A DNA stretch of 64,000 bases. Source: a virus. Below, in pieces: positions 47,201 to 55,001 of the stretch. Made by a program: the position numbers and the translations under genes. Numbering within the stretch: the first letter of the stretch is position 1; each line of letters begins with the position of its first letter. The notes below the pieces were generated by a model. The model had not been told where the DNA came from. It saw nothing but the letters and a program-made list of their open reading frames with translations, and searched no databases. The stretch lies in the IMG/VR virus record IMGVR_UViG_3300012039_000002, positions 64,001-128,000 of that record. One strand, written 5' to 3'.

Positions 47201-49360
47201 TCCATTGGCGGCTCTCAAGGAATAGAAGGCATATCTGGCTACTCTGGCTACTCTGGTTATTCGGGTTCGGGCGTCTCAGGCTATTCGGGTTCTGGTGTCT
47301 CAGGTTATTCTGGCTCAGGCGTAAGCGGCTATTCTGGTTCTGGAACATCAGGCTATTCTGGTGTCGGAACGTCTGGCTACTCGGGAGCTTCCGGCTATTC
47401 TGGCATCTCAGGTATTCAATATCCGTGGCAGGGCGCTTGGGTGTCGGGTACTGCTTATATACCGAACGATTGTATTGGTTATCTTGGTGCGTCATACATT
47501 TCGATTCAGAGTGGTTCGGGTCAAACCCCAGTCCCTACTGGAACAGCATATTGGGATCTACTGGCGTCGTCAGGTTACTCTGGCATTTCAGGTTACTCTG
47601 GCTCCGGTGTTTCGGGCTACTCAGGTTCAGGCACTTCTGGTTATTCTGGCTATAGCGGAAAATCTGGCTATAGCGGCTATTCAGGCTATTCAGGCTCTGG
47701 TGTTTCAGGTTACTCAGGTTCTGGAACATCAGGCTATTCAGGCTATAGTGGTTATTCAGGATATTCTGGACATTCTGGTTACTCTGGTGTCAGCGGTTAT
47801 TCAGGTGTCTCTGGCTATTCGGGTATTAGTGGTTCTGCGCCGTATATCGGAGTAAATACTCATACATCTTCAGATCTCATGGGTACATATCCTGCTGGTA
47901 TGTCTTTGATGACAGTGAACGTAGGACTCTCTACTGGTTGGCCTGAACCTGTAGGTTCTGCAAATTGTCAAGGAGAAGTAATTACTTATTATGACAATAC
48001 ATATGGTGCCGACGGCATAGGATTAGGTTATCAAGAATATCATGTTAGAGGAGGTCAACCAAATTCAAATACTTCAAGATATTATAGAAAACCAGATACA
48101 GCTGAAGCTGGTTCAGCATGGACAGCTTGGAGTGAAGGAATAGGCATTTCTGGATACAGTGGTTATAGCGGCTACTCTGGATATTCTGGCTACTCAGGAT
48201 TCAGTGGTTATTCTGGAAACTCAGGATACTCTGGCTACTCTGGCTCAGGTGTAAGTGGTTATAGTGGCTATTCTGGCTACTCTGGCTCTGGAACTTCTGG
48301 CTACAGTGGCTTTAGTGGAATTTCAGGTTACTCTGGCTTCTCTGGTATCAGTGGTTACTCTGGCTATTCCGGTTCTGGTGTTAGTGGCTATTCCGGATAT
48401 TCCGGTTCTGGTGTTAGTGGCTATTCCGGATCGCCTAACTCTAATGCAGACACAGTAGACGGACAGCATAATTACGATTTCTGGAGATATTGTGGTAATA
48501 GAACGACTGATGCTACACCGACTGACGTATCTAATTTGGTTGGGGGATTTACTTTTTATACACAATTTGTCTCAGACGTATCTGGTTATCCAGAAACAAC
48601 GTACGGCCCAGTGTGGGGTTTCGCCGATAATCTTAATGGTTCTGTATTTTACGGCTGGGAAATGTATAAGGGTTACAGCGCTAGTTTGTATCTTAGGACA
48701 CAGACTGGCTTAACTACATGGTCTAGTTGGTCTATACTTGGATCATCAGGAAACAGCGGTTATTCCGGTTTCTCTGGTATTAGTGGCTATTCAGGATCTG
48801 GCGTTTCTGGTTATTCAGGATTCAGCGGCTACTCAGGTGTTTCTGGCTACTCTGGCTCTGGTGTCTCTGGCTACTCCGGAACTGTAGCCGCGGGATCTAT
48901 TACAGGATCAGGAACAAGCGGGTATATCACTAAATGGGGGAGTGCTTCTGGTATAACTTCTTCTCTTCATCTTCGTGAAGACGCTGAAGGAGTGTTCATT
49001 GGTGGCAATCTTTCTAGCGGCGCTGCATACTTTCATATAGATTCTGACACAAAAGACGACGTACCGTTTAAGGTTACAGGAACTCAGGGAGAGCTGTTTT
49101 CAGTTACAGACAATCTAGATTCACTTCTTCAATCAGTCAACGACATCACAGGACTGCCAGTATTTGAAGTTTATGCTGATGACCGCGTAGTAGTACACGG
49201 GGCAACTGAGGTGGTGGCGAAGGACGCTCCGTCAACTCCGGCAGCTGATAATGCGAGACTTTACGTGACGGCTTCCGGCGCAACACCAAACAGGGAAATC
49301 GCTCTTAATGTAAAATTCGAAGATGGAACAGTAGTGATATTATCATCGGTATTGGTGTAA
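44285..49360 (+). CDS. Longest SGYSG-repeat fibre protein (1691 aa) with knob-like domains
   Basis: N-terminus paralogous to 35267; repeat tracts; NADTVDG fibre motif; two knob-like domains ending WTAW and WSSW. Confidence 0.8.
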   Translation: MQRIYKRFRELLDASQPDAGKFLRWSTSGTIENAVGVSGYSGDSGYSGTSGKSGYSGSSVSGYSGKSGYSGRSGYSGISGSGVSGYSGTSGYSGAHGVIGLSGTSGYSGRSGSGVSGYSGSGTSGYSGYSGVTGSQGASGKSGYSGADGVNGASGHSGYSGKSGYSGADGSIGYSGESGYSGFSGSGVSGFSGSGVSGYSGIGTSGYSGLDAQMSGYSGYSGLSGVGLVGPPGTSGYSGIGTSGYSGIGTSGYSGVSGLGVSGYSGVSGSGVSGYSGVAPSTTTYLPSSVSTNVGSYVSGTLTSIQIFGDNDVYEVDEVSGVPGFDIRIDFSGVSGFNKAQMNIWYTGVANHIPKVQIYNNNTTSWDSIGSLNDDTELQSHEFAVINSVPYISAGAVSTRIYHETSGIITHDILVDYFVLQNAIGGAQGIPGFIGPSGYSGSSTSGYSGLSGYSGLSGTSGSGTSGYSGFVGVPGGQGISGYSGISGYSGISGTSGYSGIGTSGYSGISGYSGSGVSGYSGISGSGVSGYSGSGASGYSGYSGFGVSGYSGSGVSGYSGSGISGYSGDIGTSGYSGLNADSGSPGVSGYSGYSGIGTSGYSGIGTSGYSGDSGISGYSGSGVSGYSGYSGVSGISGYSGVSGSGVSGYSGYSGSGVSGYSGVSGFSGYSGSGYSGYSGYSGYSGSGVSGYSGYSGSGVSGYSGYSGSGVSGYSGSGVSGYSGYSGSGVSGYSGQDGATGNSGDSGYSGASGYSGQDGIIGFNGDSGYSGLSGYSGYSGYSGSGVSGYSGYSGYSGVSGYSGYSGISGYSGSGISGYSGSGVSGYSGLSPENVTYYASGFDVLTGTLTSGTTLSLSGFNDGDFAHVDEVGGAPGFDIRIGFSGVDTFNEVILNAFYLGSAGHIVKVDFFNNATSGWDSFGTLNDDIAFQVHEFPIPDDTDYIATGGVVASRIYHYSNGQTSHDFDLDYFVIRDSIGGSQGIEGISGYSGYSGYSGSGVSGYSGSGVSGYSGSGVSGYSGSGTSGYSGVGTSGYSGASGYSGISGIQYPWQGAWVSGTAYIPNDCIGYLGASYISIQSGSGQTPVPTGTAYWDLLASSGYSGISGYSGSGVSGYSGSGTSGYSGYSGKSGYSGYSGYSGSGVSGYSGSGTSGYSGYSGYSGYSGHSGYSGVSGYSGVSGYSGISGSAPYIGVNTHTSSDLMGTYPAGMSLMTVNVGLSTGWPEPVGSANCQGEVITYYDNTYGADGIGLGYQEYHVRGGQPNSNTSRYYRKPDTAEAGSAWTAWSEGIGISGYSGYSGYSGYSGYSGFSGYSGNSGYSGYSGSGVSGYSGYSGYSGSGTSGYSGFSGISGYSGFSGISGYSGYSGSGVSGYSGYSGSGVSGYSGSPNSNADTVDGQHNYDFWRYCGNRTTDATPTDVSNLVGGFTFYTQFVSDVSGYPETTYGPVWGFADNLNGSVFYGWEMYKGYSASLYLRTQTGLTTWSSWSILGSSGNSGYSGFSGISGYSGSGVSGYSGFSGYSGVSGYSGSGVSGYSGTVAAGSITGSGTSGYITKWGSASGITSSLHLREDAEGVFIGGNLSSGAAYFHIDSDTKDDVPFKVTGTQGELFSVTDNLDSLLQSVNDITGLPVFEVYADDRVVVHGATEVVAKDAPSTPAADNARLYVTASGATPNREIALNVKFEDGTVVILSSVLV

Positions 49361-49361
49361 C

Positions 49362-50891
49362 ATGGGCACACGATCAGGGCAGAACATAGTCACTGACGGC
49401 TTGATTTTATGTCACGACGCTGGCAATTTCAAGAGCTTTAGAGGAGAACCGTCAACCAATCTTATTTCTGGAATCGCTTGCGGCTACCCAACAGCTTCAA
49501 ATACTTGGGGAACGTACGAGGTGTTTCAAAATCCGACAGACTTGTACAACGGAGGTTCGCCCTTTACTTTAACGATCGGAGGGGTGGCAGGAAATGAAGT
49601 TACAGTTACTGGCCATCCGTTTCTGACGTATGATGGCGTTCAGCCTCAGAGTACTGGAGGCGGTTTAACTTCAGGAGCGGTTTATTTTGTAAAAAAGACT
49701 GGAGCTAATACATTTACTCTTCATGTTTATGACGATACTGAAAATGGAAGCAAGGGTCTAGACGCTTATGGATATGCCGTTCACAACTCGGTCAACACAG
49801 ATACTAGAGTTTCGATAAACTCATCTGGCTTTCCTACGTCCTGGTGGGGCCCGCCTCACTTGCCGAACACCACGACAGTAAAGCAGATAATGAAGAGCGG
49901 TTTTAAGTATGAAGACAAGGTTCACGACTGCATGCGAATTCATTATTTTAGGGGCGATCGCAGTGAGGCGGGTGGAATGGCTTACGGGGGCGGCGTCGCG
50001 ATCCCGACTCTTGCCGCTAGTACAACGTACACTATTTCATTTTATTATAGAGGTGTAGACGAACAAGCTTCCGGAAAGTCCGTTCTGTTTCAGATTTACT
50101 GTTCAGATTCTACCAATGGCTACGCTAATCCAGGAAGTCCAGTAGTACAGTACTGGGATCCTGGCGATACTAATTGGAAACGATTTACTCATACATGGAC
50201 TCAGGCTGCCAACCAAGCAGGAGTTAGTTACTTTTACTGGATAGAAAATGTTGGCGGAGCAGGGACATTTGCCATTGACATCGCAGAGATACAGTTAGAA
50301 GTTATGGGTCACGTCACTGCGTATACATCGGGAACTCGTTCTGGTACTTTGGCTTCAGGTGGCGGAATGAAGGATCTTGCTAGCCTTCATCATCACGAGA
50401 TAGTTGGAAATCCAGTTTATAATTCTGATGTCGGCGGGAATTTAGTTTTAGATGGTTCTGACGACGGATGGACTCTGGAGTCTGCTCTTGCGGGATCTCC
50501 GTCTAGTGCTACGGTTGTTGCATTCTTCAAGTCTACTGATACTACTAATTTATGGGTTCAAGGAAATGACACAGGATTTTACGTCGGCGCTACAGATCCA
50601 AGTTCTAGCAACGTATTCTATCAGAATAATTGCGGCACTCCGACTTACTATATAGATACTGTGAGTAGAGCAAACCCTACAACTCCGGTAAATTATTTAG
50701 ACGGAAATTGGCACATGTGGGAGGCAAAGGGCGTCAATTTTTCAACTTGGACTAGGTTCCAGTGGTGGACTTATTACGCTGGTTATCAGCTTCTTGGTTC
50801 TGTTGCTCTTGTTATGGTTTACAATCGATCGCTTTCTGCATCTGAATCGGCGCAAAATTTTGCTGCTTTGAGAAATAGGTTTGGAATCTAA
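49362..50891 (+). CDS. LamG/concanavalin-like lectin-fold virion protein
   Basis: IVTDGLILCHDAGN N-terminus and VMVYNRSLSASESAQNFAALRNRFGI C-terminus. Confidence 0.75.
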   Translation: MGTRSGQNIVTDGLILCHDAGNFKSFRGEPSTNLISGIACGYPTASNTWGTYEVFQNPTDLYNGGSPFTLTIGGVAGNEVTVTGHPFLTYDGVQPQSTGGGLTSGAVYFVKKTGANTFTLHVYDDTENGSKGLDAYGYAVHNSVNTDTRVSINSSGFPTSWWGPPHLPNTTTVKQIMKSGFKYEDKVHDCMRIHYFRGDRSEAGGMAYGGGVAIPTLAASTTYTISFYYRGVDEQASGKSVLFQIYCSDSTNGYANPGSPVVQYWDPGDTNWKRFTHTWTQAANQAGVSYFYWIENVGGAGTFAIDIAEIQLEVMGHVTAYTSGTRSGTLASGGGMKDLASLHHHEIVGNPVYNSDVGGNLVLDGSDDGWTLESALAGSPSSATVVAFFKSTDTTNLWVQGNDTGFYVGATDPSSSNVFYQNNCGTPTYYIDTVSRANPTTPVNYLDGNWHMWEAKGVNFSTWTRFQWWTYYAGYQLLGSVALVMVYNRSLSASESAQNFAALRNRFGI

Positions 50892-50916
50892 TGGGAACAA
50901 GACACAGGTTTAAATA

Positions 50917-52239
50917 ATGACACTAATTTATTCACCCAAAATTGTTACAGACGGACTGATAATGTGCTTAGATCCGGCCAACGTTAAGTCTTCTTGTGGT
51001 CGCAGATCTTTGATAGATTGGGCTAGTTGGGTGGCGGGTACTGGAGATGCAACTTCTGGTGGCGGTACAGATTATTATAACGTAGCTGAAACCGCAGGAG
51101 AGAGCACTCGGGCACTTGGAACAGATCCATGGGGCAGATCGAGCATGCTCTGGAATTGTACAACTCAAGGAACGAACAATGCTGACGGCGGCTTTACGAC
51201 TAGCTATGTGCCTATAGCTATAGGTCAGACATATAGATTTTCTGTTTGGTTTAAGAGAACATCAGCAACGACGACTGGAACTGCTTATTTTGGTTTATCT
51301 TCTGATGACTCTGGCAACGTTGTGGATTTAGACGACGATGCAAACGAAGGAAATCCGTATTGGCATTACGGCAATTTAGCTACTTTTACACAAAACACAT
51401 GGTATTTATTTGTAGGTCATGCATATCTGTCAGATCATTCTAGTAGCATAAAACGGCACCCTGAAAGTGGTGTGTATACTATTGCCGGTGGAAGACTTTC
51501 CAACTGTTCAGGCAATATTGCCGATTGTAAGTGGACAGCGGGAGCAACTCAGGCGCTTCTTAGAAGCTTTATGTATTATTGCACTGATGCTGCTGACGCT
51601 GGGTCTTTATTTAATCCGAGAATCGATGTGTGTGACGGCTCGGAGCCCTCTATAGCAGAGCTCTTAAATGATGCAGGCTCTTCTTTGTTTGACATTACAG
51701 GAAATGGAAATCATGGCATTCTTGTTAAGAACCCTATATACGCTCCGACAAATAGCGGAATAATAACGCTAAACGGAACCGACCAAATTATAAGCGTCTC
51801 TAAAAATATGGCAGCTCTCAACTACACTGTTTTTGGAGCAGTAAGATATTCTGGCGCTACAAGAGGAAGAATATTGAGCGCTTTAGCTAATAACTGGTTG
51901 CTTGGAAATCATAGCACAACTTCAGAGAACTATTATGCAGAAGGATGGATTACTGACGGTTCTGGTCACGGCGCAAACGATACAAACTGGCGAACATTAG
52001 CAGGCACTGGTGACATTCTTGGAGATAATTATTCGCTTTATGTGAATGGTGTTGAGCAATCCGTCTTAACACCCACAGGCGGCACAGCAGGGCCTAATGG
52101 TTTGGCAATAGGTTCTTATGCTGGAGTGAGCGAATTTAGTACTGCTGACGTTGGGATAGTTTTGATGTACGATAGAACGCTAACTGCCAACGAGGTGTTG
52201 CAGAATCACATCGCCGTGAAAGGGAGGTATGGATTGTAA
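50917..52239 (+). CDS. LamG/concanavalin-like lectin-fold virion protein (paralog)
   Basis: IVTDGLIMCLDPAN...LYVNGV...MYDRTLTANEVLQN..KGRYGL. Confidence 0.75.
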   Translation: MTLIYSPKIVTDGLIMCLDPANVKSSCGRRSLIDWASWVAGTGDATSGGGTDYYNVAETAGESTRALGTDPWGRSSMLWNCTTQGTNNADGGFTTSYVPIAIGQTYRFSVWFKRTSATTTGTAYFGLSSDDSGNVVDLDDDANEGNPYWHYGNLATFTQNTWYLFVGHAYLSDHSSSIKRHPESGVYTIAGGRLSNCSGNIADCKWTAGATQALLRSFMYYCTDAADAGSLFNPRIDVCDGSEPSIAELLNDAGSSLFDITGNGNHGILVKNPIYAPTNSGIITLNGTDQIISVSKNMAALNYTVFGAVRYSGATRGRILSALANNWLLGNHSTTSENYYAEGWITDGSGHGANDTNWRTLAGTGDILGDNYSLYVNGVEQSVLTPTGGTAGPNGLAIGSYAGVSEFSTADVGIVLMYDRTLTANEVLQNHIAVKGRYGL

Positions 52240-52601
52240 TGACTACGTATAGATTATCTCCGAAAGGTTCATTTGCTTTTCTCATTGACGGTGGCGGTGC
52301 TACGATCACGACAGGTGTAAAGGGCGACATCGAAATACCTTTCGCTTGTACGATAATTGCTGCTAGAATGTTTGCGGACCAATCGGGCAGCATTACTGTG
52401 TCTATCTGGAAAGATACATACGCTAACTTCCCTCCAGTAGTGGGAGATTTGATAGATACATATGTCCTGACTACTACAACTAAATACGAAGAAACCGGCT
52501 TAGTTCTTTCTGTTGCTGCAGGCAGCATCATAAGATTCAATGTGGACTCTTGTACTACAATACAAAGATGCACAGTTTCGCTGACTGCGATGAAGGTGTA
52601 G
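52239..52601 (+). CDS. Small structural protein, paralog of the 30063 C-terminal domain
   Basis: FLIDGGGATITTGVKGDIEIPFACTI...ADQSGSITVSIWK. Confidence 0.6.
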   Translation: MTTYRLSPKGSFAFLIDGGGATITTGVKGDIEIPFACTIIAARMFADQSGSITVSIWKDTYANFPPVVGDLIDTYVLTTTTKYEETGLVLSVAAGSIIRFNVDSCTTIQRCTVSLTAMKV

Positions 52602-52602
52602 C

Positions 52603-53385
52603 ATGCCAAGTTCCGTAATACGACCTACAACACACGTCGACTCAACTCCTGCATGTAACAGTCCTACGCAAGCGTATGATGGCGGAACTGGTGCTGCTCC
52701 TGATACGTCGACGTATGCTTATCACCTCTCGCCGGGCGCTGGCGGGTATGCAACTTCGATTTTTAAAGTAAAAAACTGTGGAAGTCTTCCTGGCGGTTGC
52801 ATCGCTGCTTATATGAAAGCCAGAGTTTGGCCTGTACCGGCTACTAACGCATGGGTTTATTACTATTGGTATACTGATGGTGGAACTACTCCATTTAATA
52901 CTGATGATCTTTATGTTTCGGATCCAGGTGGTCCCGTTGTTCTTTCGCATGCCATATCGACTAGTGTCACGATGTCGAATCTTGTTTGGGAAAGCAGGCC
53001 AAACGACCCTTCTGGTGCTGGTCTTCAAGGATATTCTTTTGTTTGGGACTGTTGGGTTGAAGCATGGACTGCAATAAGTGCACCCGGAAGTCCAAGTTGC
53101 ACACCGGGATTAAGAAAGAATTCTCTTGGTTGGTCAGCTGTCTCTGGTGCAGATGATTACGTTATTCGTTGGACGAGTGATGGCTCTACGCCAACTAAAT
53201 CTAGCGCTGCTATTACTCCGGGAAATGTTACTTCGTACGAACACACTAGTTTGAGTCACATACTCTATAAGTATAAAATATCTGCAAGGGACGCCGGTGA
53301 CGCCGCTGGTGGAGATTTGTCGACAGAAGTTTCTGGAACGCCTGCTCTCCCTGGTAGCGCTATTAGTTCTATCATAGGGTTTTAA
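52603..53385 (+). CDS. FN3-domain-containing structural protein
   Basis: LGWSAVSGADDYVIRW...YEHTSL...YKYKISA. Confidence 0.6.
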   Translation: MPSSVIRPTTHVDSTPACNSPTQAYDGGTGAAPDTSTYAYHLSPGAGGYATSIFKVKNCGSLPGGCIAAYMKARVWPVPATNAWVYYYWYTDGGTTPFNTDDLYVSDPGGPVVLSHAISTSVTMSNLVWESRPNDPSGAGLQGYSFVWDCWVEAWTAISAPGSPSCTPGLRKNSLGWSAVSGADDYVIRWTSDGSTPTKSSAAITPGNVTSYEHTSLSHILYKYKISARDAGDAAGGDLSTEVSGTPALPGSAISSIIGF

Positions 53386-53394
53386 GGAGAAAAC

Positions 53395-53742
53395 ATGTTT
53401 ATAGTAAAGTTTGGAAGATACGCTGTTGTTTTTTATATCGGATGGAACAATTGGTCTTTTGGCGTGAAATCAGGCTTTCAGGGTCGGTCCTTTGGGCCTA
53501 TTATTTTTATTCGGCCCAGATGCATTGATGATAGAGGAATGTTGGAACACGAACTGGTTCACTCACGTCAGTTCTGGAATCCGAGAAAGTGGTTCATTGG
53601 AAAGCTCGCTAGAGAGGTTGAAGCATACCGAGAGCAGCTAAAATGGCATCCAGATAGAGCAGACATTTTTGCGACAATATTGTCGACGAGATATGGATTA
53701 AATATTACAAAAGAAGAAGCTTTAAAATTGCTTACAGCATAG
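53395..53742 (+). CDS. Small HExxH zinc metallopeptidase-like protein
   Basis: LEHELVHSRQ...REVEAY. Confidence 0.6.
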   Translation: MFIVKFGRYAVVFYIGWNNWSFGVKSGFQGRSFGPIIFIRPRCIDDRGMLEHELVHSRQFWNPRKWFIGKLAREVEAYREQLKWHPDRADIFATILSTRYGLNITKEEALKLLTA

Positions 53743-53743
53743 A

Positions 53744-53752
53744 TGATATAAT
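53744..53752 (+). promoter_or_regulatory. Extended -10 sigma70-type promoter (TGaTATAAT)
   Basis: Perfect TGnTATAAT 31 nt upstream of the radical SAM start; no -35 at canonical spacing. Confidence 0.5.
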
Positions 53753-53783
53753 AAAAGCATAAATAACGCAATAGGAGTCGCAT

Positions 53784-55001
53784 TTGAAAGTATTATTAAT
53801 TCATCCGCCGCACCCTAATTCTACTGATGACAGGCTTGATCCTCCAATGGGCCTTCTTTATATTGCATCTCATTTAGAGAAAAACTATGTAGACGTGGAT
53901 GTTTTAGATTTGTCGGGAAACAGCGATTGGGACGTTGCTATACCATTTGCTGACATTTATGGGATTACGTCTTATATCGCCACGCTGGGTATAACTGAAT
54001 CGATAGCAAAGCTGTGCAGATTAAAAAACGCAAAAGCTCAGGTAATTATCGGCGGAGCTCACGCATCTGTGCGTCCGCAAGACTTTCCGTATGCCGACAA
54101 GGTGGTTAGAGGCTATGGTGAAGCTCCCATGCTGGCTCTTTGTGGCAAACAAGCGACAGTGGACCTATTTGAGTTCCCTGCATTCAATAAAGTTAATTTA
54201 GGATCCTATTCAAGGCTAATAGACGGAAAGCCCTCGGTTCCCTTTTTAACATCTAGAGGCTGCCCATTCAAATGCAGCTTTTGTGGTCTGGCTTCTATGC
54301 ATAATATAAATGGTCGGTACCACATGATGAAGCCTGACGTGGCTGCAACGCAGCTATGCCGTATTAAGAATGAACTTGGCATTGATAGATTAAACTTCCA
54401 AGATGACATTTTTACGATGAATCGCCCTAGACTCTTTAAAATACTAGAGGCAGTAAAGGAGCTAGGATTTAGATTCTCTTGTATGGGTAGGGCAGGCTAC
54501 GACACTGAAGAGACTTACGAGAAACTAGCTGAGTCAGGATGTCAACAGATAGCATGGGGAATAGAAACAGGTTCGCAATACATGCTTGACCGTATGAGAA
54601 AAGAAATAAAAGTTCAAGACAACTATAACGTAATTAAATGGGCTAAGAAATATGGTATAGTATCTAGGGCTTTCTTTATGATAGGATTTCCCGGAGAGAC
54701 TAGAGAAACGATAGAGGAAACAAAACGTTTCATAGAAAAATCAGATCCTGACCAATACTTTGTTTCTAACTTTACGCCGTATCCTGGAACAGAAGTAGCT
54801 GAAAATCCAGAATGGTACGGAATTACTGGCATGTCTCATGATTATAGCAACTATTTTCAGGTTTCAAAAGACGGCCCTGGCGGATGTAACATAGATACAG
54901 AGTGGCTTTCTAGAGAGCAATTTAGAGAACTAGAACTAGAGTTTAGACAATGGATTAAGTCCCGAGGCATGAGAGGAGCTAAGCAAAAATATGAAGGTTA
55001 G
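53784..55001 (+). CDS. Cobalamin-binding radical SAM protein (class B methyltransferase-like)
   Basis: PPMGLLYIAS and IIGGAHAS in the B12 domain; SRGCPFKCSFC (CxxxCxxC); FQDDIF, GIETGS, FMIGFPGET and TPYPGT. Confidence 0.92.
   Translation: MKVLLIHPPHPNSTDDRLDPPMGLLYIASHLEKNYVDVDVLDLSGNSDWDVAIPFADIYGITSYIATLGITESIAKLCRLKNAKAQVIIGGAHASVRPQDFPYADKVVRGYGEAPMLALCGKQATVDLFEFPAFNKVNLGSYSRLIDGKPSVPFLTSRGCPFKCSFCGLASMHNINGRYHMMKPDVAATQLCRIKNELGIDRLNFQDDIFTMNRPRLFKILEAVKELGFRFSCMGRAGYDTEETYEKLAESGCQQIAWGIETGSQYMLDRMRKEIKVQDNYNVIKWAKKYGIVSRAFFMIGFPGETRETIEETKRFIEKSDPDQYFVSNFTPYPGTEVAENPEWYGITGMSHDYSNYFQVSKDGPGGCNIDTEWLSREQFRELELEFRQWIKSRGMRGAKQKYEG

Larger units (their letters stand above)
35370..48890 (+). 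repeat. Coding low-complexity repeat tracts (TCN/AGY-GGN-TAY-TCN-GGN) in three fibre genes
   Basis: Units of 9, 18 and 24 nt such as tctggctattctggc, interrupted by unique domains and intervening genes. Confidence 0.95.

Noticed and set aside
35388-48713. Many alternative-frame and antisense ORFs (LAILV-rich and NQNS-rich)
   Set aside because: Shadows of the SGYSG codon pattern with no RBS support.
35370-48890. Repeat tracts as a CRISPR array or non-coding satellite
   Set aside because: Repeats are in-frame, vary at synonymous positions, lack a constant repeat/unique spacer structure, and no cas genes are present.
38749-52239. Diversity-generating retroelement acting on the fibres
   Set aside because: No reverse transcriptase in the window; duplicated modules differ at all base types and are all coding.
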